Notes under the pieces: generated by a model
What the model saw: the letters and a program-made list of their open reading frames with translations, nothing else
The model's database searches: none
What the model was told of the DNA's origin: nothing
Translations under genes and position numbers: made by a program
Part shown: one piece after another, positions 1 through 11,006 of the stretch
How positions within the stretch are numbered: the first letter of the stretch is position 1
Layout of the letters: every line of letters begins with the position of its first letter
IMG/VR virus record: IMGVR_UViG_3300020045_020105
Coordinates: 1 to 64,000 of that record
Direction: 5' to 3' (one strand)
DNA length: 64,000 bases
From: a virus

Positions 1-3000
1 CTTGCAACGAAAACAGGTATAGTTCATGAACTAAATACTATTGGCGGAACATCTCAAAATCCAGTATATTTGGGGACTTCTGGACTATATACTTTTTTAA
101 AACCAGAATATCCAGCAAAAGAGGTAGTTATTGGTACTTATGGTAAAATAGATTCCACAAATGGAGATATATTTATAGATCTAAATAAGGCTGGACAATA
201 CGTAATAAATTCAATCACTAACGAATTAGAATTAAAAGGAATACAGAATCCAGGAATATGTCAAAAATGCCCCATAACGGAAAATGATATTGTAATAAAT
301 ACCACCGCACTGACTCTAACTATTGCCACAATAAAAAATGGAGAAACAATATCGAGTGCGAATCCAATTAGGTTTTTTACTGATGGGAATGGGATAATAG
401 TTAAGCATGAAAAAACTGCGCCAGTAACTTTTACATTTACAAACTCAACTGGAATCTGGTACTTCTATTTTGATAGTAACGGCAACCCAATTGCAACACA
501 AACCCAATGGTCTGAATTTAGCACCATAGCTACTGTATTTAGGTTATATTGGAATGCTACTCTTACTGGTTCGGCGAGAGATGTGATTGAATCTGTGGAA
601 TATCACACAAACGATATTCCAGCATCAGACCACTTATGGAAACATAACGAAGGGACGAAGCATCTTAATGGTGCGGATATTGTATCAAATTTATTACCAA
701 CTGGATCACCTAATGCTGATGGGAGAAATGCGGTAATTTCATTAACCTCTGCAAAATTTATTGATGATAATTTAACTTATGAGGTATCAAATATATCAAG
801 TGGACCCACTAAATTCACTCAGGACTTAGGTATCCTATCCAATGCCACATTAAATGCTACCAATTCCGGTCAATTTATGTGTAGGATAAATGATTCAAGT
901 GGATTACTAGATAAGTTACCAGCAACGAGATTCCCTTTTGCATTTAATCCTACAACAAATATTCCCCAGTATATAACTCAATTAGGAGTCAGGACTGATG
1001 TATCAAACTTATCATTTTTTGTATATTTCATATATTCACTTCAAGACCCAAGAAGAGGGGAAGCAATTAAGGTTGTATCAGCGATATCAGAATATACTAC
1101 AATTTCTGCAGCACAATCTTCTACGTGGGAAAATTTACAAGCTGTCTACCCAACCCTTCGTGATAATGAAATCCGATTACTATATAAACTAACTTTTGAA
1201 TACAAAAGTAATTATGCTGCTGGTTCTAAATATTCAGCATTAAGAGTTATTGAGGATTTAAGGAAATTAAAAATAGTTGCAACAACCCTAACTGCAAGTG
1301 GAACTGTATTAGCTTCTAATGTGGTGGTGACTCCTATTGGAAATATATCATCTATTGACGCACAATCAGCTTTTATTGAACTTGATAATGAAAAAGAAAA
1401 TGTATCAAATAAAGAGAACGTCACTGTTAATACTTCAACAACAAAATACCCAACTGTTAATTTACTTAAAACCTATGCTGATAGTAAGGTTGTGGATGCG
1501 ATAAATGATGCGGTAACCACAACAGCACCAAGCCAAAATGCCGTGTTTGATGCCTTAGCCTTAAAGGAAAAGGCAATAGCCGTGGCAACAACCGCAACTG
1601 CCATTGGTACAGCAGCTAAAACAGCGACAATAGCAGATTATACTTTAGCTACAGGTGATGTCATTGCTCTTACCCTAACGGCAGGAAACAGTGCCGCAGC
1701 AATGACGTTGAATATTAACTCAACAGGAGCTAAGAATATACGGATGAATAACGTAAATACAACAACTGTTTTCACTACACTTGCTGCCGGATCGGTGATA
1801 TTGCTTTACTACGACGGTACTTACTTTCAGATGATGGGAAGCCAACGAACCACGGATACGGATACCTATGATAGAACTTATTGGAACAATACCATAACGG
1901 CAGGATTAGCTATCTATGACTACAAAATAGTAATGCAGGGGGCTGATGGTAAATTCTACCCATTAACGTTAGAAACAGGAACAGGAACTACAAAGACAGT
2001 ATTGACTACAGAATTAACCTTAAATAGTCCAATCCTTTACTATAACGCAACCACCGACGTAGCCTTAAATGGAATAACGACAAATGTTTATTCTGAGTTT
2101 CCCTTAGCAAACATGACCTATACGACCAACGTAGCGACCATAACAAGTCAGCTTCCGGTTTATCTCAAAGGAACTGTTTTGGTAAATGGAAACTTTAAAC
2201 TAGACAATACATCCGTTACAAGCTGGTTGACTCAAACACTGCCAACAACCGATGACGGGTTTGTGTATATTTTATTGGGATATGCTTACAGCACGACTGC
2301 AATGCGATTAATGCAGTATCATCCGATATACCAATACAAGAATGGCGCAATTAGGCCGTATACGGTTGAATTTGCACCTGTAAGCGGATCGGCAAACTAC
2401 GTTCAGGTTTCTCCGGTATCGGCTCAGACTGGAAACATTTGGATGGATAGTGATATCTCAACAAATTCAAATATTATAATTAATGGCAATTATAATATAT
2501 TCAAGAAAAATGGTCTAAATAGATTCGTGCTAGGGTATGACGGAGCTGAGTCTGGATCAAATAGTGGCTCTAATTTAAAGATATATAGATATGCAGATGA
2601 TGGAAGCTATATTGATCGTGTATTGGAAATAAATAGATCCAGTGGGAGTTTTTTGTTATCAAATCTTTCAGGCACAGGAACAAGTCCATTAAACGTATTG
2701 GCTGATGGAACTCTATCCAGAGGATCAGTTGGGGGTAATGGATCGCAAACTCTAACAAGCACAGCGAACTTAAACGTTGATTACGAATTAGGGTCAAATA
2801 TTGTGTTGACAATGACCGGAGATATTACTAGTTTGACATTTACTAATATGCCGGATGGAGGATATGGTGATATTTATGTGATTCAAAATTCAACCGGAGG
2901 GTATGGAATAAACAACGTCATTCACTCTGGACTTACCTCTTCATACCCCGATCCAGATGGTGATAATGTGGCAAACAAACCAGTGGCTGCAAACATAAAC

Positions 3001-3084
3001 TCACTCGCCACTCGAAAAACAACTATTTCATATCACAGAGTTGGATCTTATTTACTTATAACTTATGGAAACTATGCGCAGTAA
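1..3084 (+). CDS. Tail fibre-like / large virion protein, 5'-truncated
   Basis: Frame is open from base 1, so the TTG at 70 is not the true start. Thr/Ser/Asn/Gly-rich modular sequence with an ENVSNK..STTKYPT linker, in the structural region. Confidence 0.6.
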   Translation, partial: LATKTGIVHELNTIGGTSQNPVYLGTSGLYTFLKPEYPAKEVVIGTYGKIDSTNGDIFIDLNKAGQYVINSITNELELKGIQNPGICQKCPITENDIVINTTALTLTIATIKNGETISSANPIRFFTDGNGIIVKHEKTAPVTFTFTNSTGIWYFYFDSNGNPIATQTQWSEFSTIATVFRLYWNATLTGSARDVIESVEYHTNDIPASDHLWKHNEGTKHLNGADIVSNLLPTGSPNADGRNAVISLTSAKFIDDNLTYEVSNISSGPTKFTQDLGILSNATLNATNSGQFMCRINDSSGLLDKLPATRFPFAFNPTTNIPQYITQLGVRTDVSNLSFFVYFIYSLQDPRRGEAIKVVSAISEYTTISAAQSSTWENLQAVYPTLRDNEIRLLYKLTFEYKSNYAAGSKYSALRVIEDLRKLKIVATTLTASGTVLASNVVVTPIGNISSIDAQSAFIELDNEKENVSNKENVTVNTSTTKYPTVNLLKTYADSKVVDAINDAVTTTAPSQNAVFDALALKEKAIAVATTATAIGTAAKTATIADYTLATGDVIALTLTAGNSAAAMTLNINSTGAKNIRMNNVNTTTVFTTLAAGSVILLYYDGTYFQMMGSQRTTDTDTYDRTYWNNTITAGLAIYDYKIVMQGADGKFYPLTLETGTGTTKTVLTTELTLNSPILYYNATTDVALNGITTNVYSEFPLANMTYTTNVATITSQLPVYLKGTVLVNGNFKLDNTSVTSWLTQTLPTTDDGFVYILLGYAYSTTAMRLMQYHPIYQYKNGAIRPYTVEFAPVSGSANYVQVSPVSAQTGNIWMDSDISTNSNIIINGNYNIFKKNGLNRFVLGYDGAESGSNSGSNLKIYRYADDGSYIDRVLEINRSSGSFLLSNLSGTGTSPLNVLADGTLSRGSVGGNGSQTLTSTANLNVDYELGSNIVLTMTGDITSLTFTNMPDGGYGDIYVIQNSTGGYGINNVIHSGLTSSYPDPDGDNVANKPVAANINSLATRKTTISYHRVGSYLLITYGNYAQ

Positions 3085-5920
3085 ATTACTGATATTATTG
3101 ATACTGATTACATTTTCAGCATCAGCACAGAAAAGCATATTTTGGTTGAATAGGCCATCAGATAATACAGTTAAATGGAATGCTACTAGTGGAACTGCTG
3201 ATGGATCTATTAGATATTCATACAATGGGTTAAATTGGTTCGTTGGATATGACAAGTCGATATTTGGCGTAGACGCAAGAAAAATAGCATGGAATGGTAA
3301 AATGTGGATGGCTGTAATGTATTCAGGATATTTAATGTATTCAATTGATGGGATTAATTGGATTAATGATTATGAATCCGCATCGAATCTAACCGATATT
3401 ACATGGGATGCCTATAATGAAAAATGGATGGCAGTTGGTTTAAGTGGGCTTGGTAATTACTTATATCAGTCGCTTGACGGAATAAATTGGATGTCTGATG
3501 AAATAACGTCTGATTACACCGTCGAAAATATAATATCAGTAGGAGATAGATATATTTCATATCTGAACGCAAATAGTGAGATAATGTATTCTAACGATGG
3601 CATTAATTGGTTAACAAACGATGTTCAGGATCAGCTCTTGTCTTATCCAACAATTCAAATTACTAAAATATCATGGAATGGAGACAGGGTTATTGCCTCT
3701 GGAAAGTATGGAACATCTCCGTATAGACCAATCATACTTACATCGACAGACGGGGTGCATTATTCGGCTGCATATGCGCCAGTTGACAATTCAACTAATA
3801 TTAATAATAATTTTCAGCTATTTAGTAAAGCCTACGCCTCGTTAATTACTGAGGTTGACGGCAATAACACTTGGAGTACGCTAGCTTCAGAAAATTCAAT
3901 AGATTGGGCTTCGGCATATCCATTCACTTGTTATATTGGAGAATACTATAATGATTATTCTTTAGTTGCCTCAAAATTTAGTTCTTCGTCAAATTCCATA
4001 CTTGGTAAGACATATGACAATGTTAATGTCGTAAATTCTGACTATCCAATAACAAGTATAACGTCAATACAGCCCAGAACAGTTCATCAATATTTAGAAA
4101 TGGTAAAGGAGTGTCCTCAAAACATAATATCACTAGATGCCATTGGAGTTGATTATTTGTGGATACGAGTTTCTTGGGTTACGGATGGTGGTAGTGATAT
4201 AATTGAAAAGGGATTGTGTTGGAGTACTTCGCCAAATCCAACGTTAAGCAACGACCATAATTCAGATGGAGTTAATAGCAATTACTACGTTTCAATAGCT
4301 ACTCCACTTCAGGCAAATACAACTTATTACGTTAGGGCTTATGCTACTAACGCTACATGTACGGCATATAGTAATGAAATATCAGTACTTACATATACAT
4401 CGTCAGCAGCAGTGGTAGCCACAGTTAGGGTATCGGCAGTTGGATCAACGACAGCATCATTTGACGGATCGGTATTATCAGATGGAGGATCAAGCATTTT
4501 AGATCGTGGTTTTTGTGTGTCTACATTCAATAATCCAACAATAGACAATGCCTTCGTCTCTGTGAGTGTAGGTTCGGGTGGACTGGGTAATTTCTCTGCC
4601 GGAGTATCTGGATTAAATACATCCACGTTATACTACGTCAGATCGTATGTATTAACATCTTCTGGTTATTTTTATGGGAATGAACTATCTTTTACCACTG
4701 GTTCAGTCATAGCAACAATCCCAATACTGCAAGGCATAAACATTTCAAATATTACGCTTTCATCTGCCGATGCTCAATCCACAATATTATCAGACGGTGG
4801 GGTTACATTGACAGGGGTCGGGTTTTGTTATTCAACTACAAACCCAAATCCAACGACATCAGACACTACGATTGGAGGATCTTCTTTTGGAGGCAATTTA
4901 ACAGCATCATTAACAGGATTAAATTCTCTCACAACGTATTATATTAGAGCATACGCAATCAATAGCGTAGGAACTGGGTATAGCACCATAACGTCATTCA
5001 CGACAAATACAAACATACAGGCTGTTTTGTCTAGTTCTTTATTTGCAGAAACATCAATAGACGTGTCGGTTCAGTGGACGATAACTTTATCTCAACCTGC
5101 ATCAGGTTATGTAATCTTCCCACTTGTAATCACGAACGACAATAATACAGGAACAACAACAATTGGTATTCTTTTTAACGAAGGACAACAAGTAAGCGAT
5201 ATCGTGTCTGGTTATTCAAAATTAGCAACGCAATACACAGCCTACTGTAATTTTTATGACGTTCCTATCGGATATTCTGGAAGCAATACAGCTAGCCATG
5301 TTATTCCTGCCCTTTCTGGATCGGTTCCTACCATATCAATTAATGTTTCGTCAAATAACATTACATCAGATGGTATAACAGCAGATGGAATAGATTTGGT
5401 TGACAATGGTAGTGCAATAACAGCAAAGGGGGCGTGTTGGGGGTTGTCTGCTAATCCAACAGTTTCGGGAAGCCATACGTCCGACGGCAGCGGAACAGCT
5501 AGTTTCACAAGTATTATCAATGGCCTAGATTGCGGTACGACTTATCATCTACGAATGTATGCAACGAATAGCACAGGAACGGGCTATAGTTCAGATTATC
5601 AATTTACAACAACTAGCCTAAATCAAATGCAAGCTATTTTCTTTACCAGAGTAAATACAGTAGAGGGTGGAAACGTGTACATAACTTCATTAGCGTCGGC
5701 AGAACAAGCTTGTTTTGATTACAAAAATAGAACCGTTATCGCAGTTAGTGGTCAGACGTTTCGATTAGATGATGTAGTAGTTGGCGCACAAACGTGGAAT
5801 CCAACGCTAGAATGTGTACAAAACGGAGCTACTGGTTACTATTTAATTGGAGGGTCAACTATGTATGTCATACATCTACAAAGTGGAGTTATTGATTATT
5901 TATCTCAATGCTACCCATAA
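3074..5920 (+). CDS. Signal-peptide protein with about six SxDGxxW (beta-propeller-like) repeats and four FN3-like repeats
   Basis: Signal MRSKLLILLILITFSASA|Q. YSxDGINW-type repeats. Four DGGS..G.C.ST..NPT...Y.RAYA.N..GT.Y-like repeats. Alternative start at 3065. Confidence 0.7.
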   Translation: MRSKLLILLILITFSASAQKSIFWLNRPSDNTVKWNATSGTADGSIRYSYNGLNWFVGYDKSIFGVDARKIAWNGKMWMAVMYSGYLMYSIDGINWINDYESASNLTDITWDAYNEKWMAVGLSGLGNYLYQSLDGINWMSDEITSDYTVENIISVGDRYISYLNANSEIMYSNDGINWLTNDVQDQLLSYPTIQITKISWNGDRVIASGKYGTSPYRPIILTSTDGVHYSAAYAPVDNSTNINNNFQLFSKAYASLITEVDGNNTWSTLASENSIDWASAYPFTCYIGEYYNDYSLVASKFSSSSNSILGKTYDNVNVVNSDYPITSITSIQPRTVHQYLEMVKECPQNIISLDAIGVDYLWIRVSWVTDGGSDIIEKGLCWSTSPNPTLSNDHNSDGVNSNYYVSIATPLQANTTYYVRAYATNATCTAYSNEISVLTYTSSAAVVATVRVSAVGSTTASFDGSVLSDGGSSILDRGFCVSTFNNPTIDNAFVSVSVGSGGLGNFSAGVSGLNTSTLYYVRSYVLTSSGYFYGNELSFTTGSVIATIPILQGINISNITLSSADAQSTILSDGGVTLTGVGFCYSTTNPNPTTSDTTIGGSSFGGNLTASLTGLNSLTTYYIRAYAINSVGTGYSTITSFTTNTNIQAVLSSSLFAETSIDVSVQWTITLSQPASGYVIFPLVITNDNNTGTTTIGILFNEGQQVSDIVSGYSKLATQYTAYCNFYDVPIGYSGSNTASHVIPALSGSVPTISINVSSNNITSDGITADGIDLVDNGSAITAKGACWGLSANPTVSGSHTSDGSGTASFTSIINGLDCGTTYHLRMYATNSTGTGYSSDYQFTTTSLNQMQAIFFTRVNTVEGGNVYITSLASAEQACFDYKNRTVIAVSGQTFRLDDVVVGAQTWNPTLECVQNGATGYYLIGGSTMYVIHLQSGVIDYLSQCYP

Positions 5921-5975
5921 GTCTTGCGCAATAAAATATTTTTATTATAAATTATTCATTTAAAAACAAAGAATC

Positions 5976-6440
5976 ATGAAACTACTATTAAAAATCAAAA
6001 CGTGGATTATTAAAACCTTTACAAGTGTAAAGAAAGAGTTAAAAACAATCATTCCAATTGCTATAACAATTGTTAATGGTATTAAAACATTCGTTGATTC
6101 TGAGGGGGCTAATTTCTTAACCTCTATTATTCCAGGTGAGTTAGATAATAATATTAAAACATTTCTTCGAGCAAGTTTGCCTGGGATACTTAATGGACTT
6201 CATAAATGGGAAAGTATCATAAATGTTGAAGATATTGATGAGCAATTAAAGCTCATTGCTGTTGAAATGGCTTTGCTTACTAAGTCAGAAAGAGATAATA
6301 TGAAAACTCAAATTGCGGCAGAAATTGTAACGGCTTTGGCATTTAATTCTGATATTGACGTTACTAACAATGATGCTTTTATCATGGTTAAAACGTCGTA
6401 TATCTATCCAGAAATTCTTAAAGATGAAAAAGCCATTTGA
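5976..6440 (+). CDS. Hypothetical protein in lysis cassette (possible holin/membrane protein)
   Basis: Weak N-terminal hydrophobic stretch; lies upstream of the endolysin. Confidence 0.35.
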   Translation: MKLLLKIKTWIIKTFTSVKKELKTIIPIAITIVNGIKTFVDSEGANFLTSIIPGELDNNIKTFLRASLPGILNGLHKWESIINVEDIDEQLKLIAVEMALLTKSERDNMKTQIAAEIVTALAFNSDIDVTNNDAFIMVKTSYIYPEILKDEKAI

Positions 6441-6484
6441 GATATCAATTAGTGCTATCTATAAATTTATTAAAAAACTTAAAC

Positions 6485-6961
6485 ATGAAGAATTCAATCT
6501 TAATTTTATTTTTAGGACTGATGTTAAGTCTAGCATCAAATTACCAAGTTCAAGCTCAAACAATTCCTCTTCCAGAAATATCAACAATTATTACAAACCA
6601 AAATCCTTCAAACCCACAAGTAGAGGTTCCCAAAGTTGGATTCTTTAAAAAAATATGGGATAACGCTAAGGATAGTGGAATTTGGGTTATAGTTATGTAT
6701 ATTTCTGGTATTCTCTCTAAAAATGGTGTTACTAAGATAATAAAGAAAATAGCTGGTAAAGGAACTATTATTACCCAGGAGTTAACGGAGATATCAATAG
6801 CATCAAATCAATTCTTTAAATTACTTGATGGGGCTATAGCTGATGATGGAACCGTAAAGCAAAATACTTTAAAAGAAGCTGTTGCTGCAGGGAAAACGGT
6901 TATAGCCGAAACTAAGGAAGGATATAAGGTAATCATTGAACCTACTAAGACAGCAATTTAA
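6485..6961 (+). CDS. Signal-peptide + TM membrane protein (holin/spanin-like candidate)
   Basis: MKNSILILFLGLMLSLA..QVQAQ signal and a second hydrophobic segment GIWVIVMYISGIL. Abuts the endolysin. ATG 6485 preferred to TTG 6437. Confidence 0.45.
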   Translation: MKNSILILFLGLMLSLASNYQVQAQTIPLPEISTIITNQNPSNPQVEVPKVGFFKKIWDNAKDSGIWVIVMYISGILSKNGVTKIIKKIAGKGTIITQELTEISIASNQFFKLLDGAIADDGTVKQNTLKEAVAAGKTVIAETKEGYKVIIEPTKTAI

Positions 6962-7384
6962 ATGAATAGAATCCCATTAACCCCAAATTTATTTCTTGAT
7001 GAATATATCCCAAAGAACCTATATTTAAAATATGAGAAAGCCCCCCATATTTTAATTGGAAGTTTGGATATAAGGTTGATTAAAGCAGATCAACTATTGA
7101 GAAATAAATTTGGGTCTGTAACAATAAATAATTGGTGGAGTGGAGGAGATAGAAATTGGAGTGGATTAAGAACCTCAGACAGCCCCTATTTCTCCCCAAC
7201 CTCCCAGCATTCTTTTGGAAGAGCAAGTGATAAACTATTTGGGGTTGGTGCTGATGATGTACGCAATTACATAGAGCAAAATTGGCAGAGCTTAGGAATA
7301 ACTTGTATTGAAATAAATGTAGACTGGATACATAGTGATGTACGGTGGTGGAATGGATCTGGATTATTAAAAGTAAATCCTTAA
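6962..7384 (+). CDS. Peptidase M15-family endolysin
   Basis: SGLR...SQHSFGRASD (HxxxxxxD) and WIHSD zinc ligands. Confidence 0.8.
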   Translation: MNRIPLTPNLFLDEYIPKNLYLKYEKAPHILIGSLDIRLIKADQLLRNKFGSVTINNWWSGGDRNWSGLRTSDSPYFSPTSQHSFGRASDKLFGVGADDVRNYIEQNWQSLGITCIEINVDWIHSDVRWWNGSGLLKVNP

Positions 7385-7394
7385 AATAATAAAA

Positions 7395-8612
7395 ATGTCA
7401 GAATTATTAAAAAATTGGGTAGACCCAGAAGCACCCCAATTAGCTATTTGGGCAGAAAATGTTTTAAGTAAATTAATGGATGAAGGTATTGTTCCTAAAT
7501 ACATTGAAAGAACGGAAGACTATGAATCACTTTATAGGACAATTTGCAATATATTTTCAATATTAGTTGAAGGGGGAAGACAATTTAACAATTTATCGAA
7601 TCAACAAGCATTATTAAAAGAATACTTGATTCAAAGAAATTTATATTTTGGCTCAAAAGAAGTAGATTTGATTACGCTTAATTCCTTAAAAGAAAATTTT
7701 AAATCCTTAATAGAAAAAAGAGGGACAGAACAAATATTTACTCAAGAAGGTGAATTATCTAGAGTAATAGATAGAGAGATAACAGATGAATTTATCTACA
7801 ATATTTTAACAAATTACAATTCTGGATGGATTTTAGACGTAAGTTCTCCAGATTTTAATGGTATTTCTCGTTCAGGATTAAATGTTAAGGTCTTTGAAAA
7901 GACTAAAGATATTGTTAACCTTGAAGCTTACCCAATTAAGGAAGATGGAGGAGAAATTACTGATGCTCTTGTTGAAATTATTGAGGATGAAGATAAGCAA
8001 ATTTTAAAACTATCTAATATCTTAAATAACCATATAGTTGGAATTTTTAGTAATTCTATTATTATTGACCCTTCTTTATCTTATGAAGTATCTTTTTATG
8101 TTAAAAAAACACTATCCTTTTCAAACTTAAATATTCAGATAATTGGTGAAGATATATATAGTACCCCCCTCCAGTTACTTAGCACAGTAACAGGATTAGG
8201 TACTAATGATGTTCTAAGAAATTGGAGTTTGGCTTTAGTAGATAATTACTATTTTGTTAGGGTGATAATTTACAATAAAGATATTTTAGCTTATAGAGAA
8301 AAGTTAAATATTGGTTTTGGGAATAATTTAATTTTAAGAGCCAATATTGTGAAAATCAACCTAAATATCTTTACAACAGGGGGAGCTAGTGCTGAAGTTC
8401 TTCACTTTTGGGATATTAAAATGAGACCGTTAGAATCTCCTTTTACAAAAGGATTTATCTCCCCACCAAAAATATTGAAGTTATGGTTGAAAAACAATAA
8501 TAAGTCCTTTTTAGAAAGGAATGGAGTATTATCAAAACTTGAGTATATAATTAGAAAGTTTCTCATATCTTATGATTTAGAATTAAAAGTAAAATATTTA
8601 AAAAATGAGTAA
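7395..8612 (+). CDS. Putative baseplate/tail structural protein
   Basis: Position among structural genes; helical N-terminus with a KRGT motif and a beta-rich C-terminus. Confidence 0.4.
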   Translation: MSELLKNWVDPEAPQLAIWAENVLSKLMDEGIVPKYIERTEDYESLYRTICNIFSILVEGGRQFNNLSNQQALLKEYLIQRNLYFGSKEVDLITLNSLKENFKSLIEKRGTEQIFTQEGELSRVIDREITDEFIYNILTNYNSGWILDVSSPDFNGISRSGLNVKVFEKTKDIVNLEAYPIKEDGGEITDALVEIIEDEDKQILKLSNILNNHIVGIFSNSIIIDPSLSYEVSFYVKKTLSFSNLNIQIIGEDIYSTPLQLLSTVTGLGTNDVLRNWSLALVDNYYFVRVIIYNKDILAYREKLNIGFGNNLILRANIVKINLNIFTTGGASAEVLHFWDIKMRPLESPFTKGFISPPKILKLWLKNNNKSFLERNGVLSKLEYIIRKFLISYDLELKVKYLKNE

Positions 8613-10413
8613 AATAAACTTAGTAAGTCAACTATTTCTAGGAGATGTTGAACTTCAAAAATTACTGTTTTTCTTAGGAGAAGATGGGTTTAAAAAATTA
8701 TTTGGACTTGAAGTGAGTTCATTTGGTATTCCCCTTAAAACTCTTACAGATAATAATTTCCTAATTCAATCAGATACCCCTGGCACAATAAAAATGGTTT
8801 TAGATTCCATAGCCATGGATTCTCTTTTAAATGTAATATCTCAAAAAGCATTTTCTGGTTTAGAAATTCCAACAGCTGATGGCATTAATTATGGCATTAG
8901 AATTAAATATATTTCTTCAAATCTAGAAAAAGGAACGGTATCTCTATCTGCAAATGGAGAATTGACTGGAGTAGGAACAGAATTTACTAAGGTACTTAGA
9001 GGAAATATCGATTTTCCAAATTCAGTAACTTTATGGGAACCTACAACTAATGTTAGGATAGGAAATTTTGAAATATCTAGAGTTATTTCAGATACTCAAG
9101 CAATATTGTCTGGTGATTTTTTAGGGGTAGCCAATCTAAATAAGGTATTCTCTATTGGTGGTACCTTTAACCCTGGGTATGTTCCTTCAGAATCAGAATT
9201 AAATATATTTTCTTATGATAGTTGTTTAATTGAATTTATTGCCTTACCTTCCTTACTCACAACTAAACTTGGTTTAGATCCCTATATAATAGATTCAGAG
9301 AATCAATTTTTTGTTGCTGTAGTATCTAACTTAGCAGGAGTGGTTACAGTAACAGATACAAGAAGGGAATATCAATACTTATCTCAAGGATCTAGTTATA
9401 CTCAAGAAGCTATTACAGCTTTTAATGTGAGCTTCCAAAATCAACTTAGAGGGATAAATGAAAATCTAACTGCTCTTAATGCTTCAACTCTTACGCTTCA
9501 AGCTAAAACAGCGGGAATAGATGTAAGAAATTGGAAGATTAAGGAAGAAGGAGGTGTATTGAATTTTTATACTCCAGATGATTTCTTAATTGAATCTATG
9601 GCAGCCGAGCAAATTGACTTTTTTAAACCAGTTATTGGGGTTAATTTCTTAATAAGGGGAGAACATTTAGCAGCATTCCCTATCTTTCTCTCAATCCCAT
9701 CTACAGCAGGAGTTCATACTATTGAAGTATCTGGATCAACAGGATTTACACTATCAAATATGCCTTCTTGGCTTACAGCTACTTTTGATTTAAATAGTAT
9801 TGAATTAACGGCAGAAGCCAATCCCAATTATGCAGTTAGATCTGGTACTTTTACGATTACAGATACTGCGAGTTCTGAAACAGTTCAAGTTCAGATAAGT
9901 CAAGAAGCTAAAGCTCAGACATTAGTTATTGGTGCTGCTTATCAAGGTGGAACTATTGCCTATATATTACAGCCTGGGGATCCTGGTTATGATGCAAATG
10001 TTCCTCATGGAATAATCGCTAGTCTACTTGATGCTAGTTTTGTAGGAATGTCTTGGAACAGAGTTAGTGGATTTAATTACTTATCTGGTTCTGCAGCAAT
10101 ACTATTAGGAACTGGCCCTTCAAATACAACAAACATAGTATTATCTCAGGGAGCTTCTTTAACACCTTATGCTGCTCTGGCTTGTGATTCTTTGGTTGTT
10201 ACAGAATATTCTGACTGGTACTTACCATCTAAGGATGAATTAAATAAACTTTATATAAATAGGGTTGCAATAGGTATGCCAGCTTCTACTTATTGGAGTT
10301 CTAGCGAAATATCTATTAGTAATGCTTGGGCTCAGAGCTTCTTAGATGGCTCTCAAAGTTCTGAATTTAAGTCTAGCGATATTTTCTATGTTAGACCTTG
10401 TAGAAACTTCTAA
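8605..10413 (+). CDS. Tail/receptor-binding protein with BACON-like Ig domain and C-terminal DUF1566 (C-type lectin-like)
   Basis: PSWLT...AEANP...RSGTFTIT (BACON-like); IGAAYQGGTIAYI, YSDWYLPSKDELNKLY, YWSSSE, VRPCRNF (DUF1566). Confidence 0.75.
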   Translation: MSKINLVSQLFLGDVELQKLLFFLGEDGFKKLFGLEVSSFGIPLKTLTDNNFLIQSDTPGTIKMVLDSIAMDSLLNVISQKAFSGLEIPTADGINYGIRIKYISSNLEKGTVSLSANGELTGVGTEFTKVLRGNIDFPNSVTLWEPTTNVRIGNFEISRVISDTQAILSGDFLGVANLNKVFSIGGTFNPGYVPSESELNIFSYDSCLIEFIALPSLLTTKLGLDPYIIDSENQFFVAVVSNLAGVVTVTDTRREYQYLSQGSSYTQEAITAFNVSFQNQLRGINENLTALNASTLTLQAKTAGIDVRNWKIKEEGGVLNFYTPDDFLIESMAAEQIDFFKPVIGVNFLIRGEHLAAFPIFLSIPSTAGVHTIEVSGSTGFTLSNMPSWLTATFDLNSIELTAEANPNYAVRSGTFTITDTASSETVQVQISQEAKAQTLVIGAAYQGGTIAYILQPGDPGYDANVPHGIIASLLDASFVGMSWNRVSGFNYLSGSAAILLGTGPSNTTNIVLSQGASLTPYAALACDSLVVTEYSDWYLPSKDELNKLYINRVAIGMPASTYWSSSEISISNAWAQSFLDGSQSSEFKSSDIFYVRPCRNF

Positions 10414-10424
10414 TAATTAAAAAT

Positions 10425-10934
10425 ATGTTAAAATTATTTTATACTGGCGCTTTTGCCGTTAATCAACCGAATTTAACACCCCTCCTAACATCGTTAGGGG
10501 GGTTTGTTTCTTCATCTCCAATCCCAAATGGTAGAAAGAACTCATTATTTTCAGATATAAGTAAAGCAATGTCTGAAAAGGGGAAAGAAGAAATTATTGG
10601 ACTTTGTATAAAAAATGATAGTTTAACAGAAACTGTCTCTGATATTCAACTTTCAATTTTAAACCCTGAAACTCTTAAAGGAAAATTTAAAATAGGATTT
10701 ATTGCCATAGGAATGGATTTACAAATGGAAAAATTAGCTTCATCAGCGGATTTACCTTATTACACAGAACTAATAGATTTTGATGGATTAACAACTATTG
10801 AAGGTAATCTATTACCTGGGAAATATATTGGAGTTTGGTTACAAAGAACAATAGCTCCTTTTGAGTATCTCCTTCCAATTGAACAACAATTAGAACAAAT
10901 AGAAATATCTCTAGGATGGGAGGTTGTTCCTTAG
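10425..10934 (+). CDS. Hypothetical virion protein
   Basis: SLGG..SS...N.LF.DIS...GVWLQR pattern; last gene of the structural block. Confidence 0.4.
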   Translation: MLKLFYTGAFAVNQPNLTPLLTSLGGFVSSSPIPNGRKNSLFSDISKAMSEKGKEEIIGLCIKNDSLTETVSDIQLSILNPETLKGKFKIGFIAIGMDLQMEKLASSADLPYYTELIDFDGLTTIEGNLLPGKYIGVWLQRTIAPFEYLLPIEQQLEQIEISLGWEVVP

Positions 10935-10955
10935 AAAAGATTTCCGAATTCTTTT

Positions 10956-10986
10956 TTGGAGAATTTAGAGATTTTTCTTATATTTG
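10956..10986 (+). promoter_or_regulatory. Bacteroidota sigma70-type promoter, class B (GAATTTAGAGATTT spacer motif)
   Basis: TTG at 10956; TATATTTG at 10979-10986. Confidence 0.7.
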
Positions 10987-11006
10987 CTGAGTTAAAGATA
11001 GTAAAT

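Noticed and set aside
10956-11006. ORF-track starts at 10956, 32468, 42851, 46050 and 54120
   Set aside because: They overlap promoters or upstream genes, or use weak start codons. Downstream ATGs (11007, 32495, 42893, 46089, 54210) fit the leader motifs and domain boundaries better.
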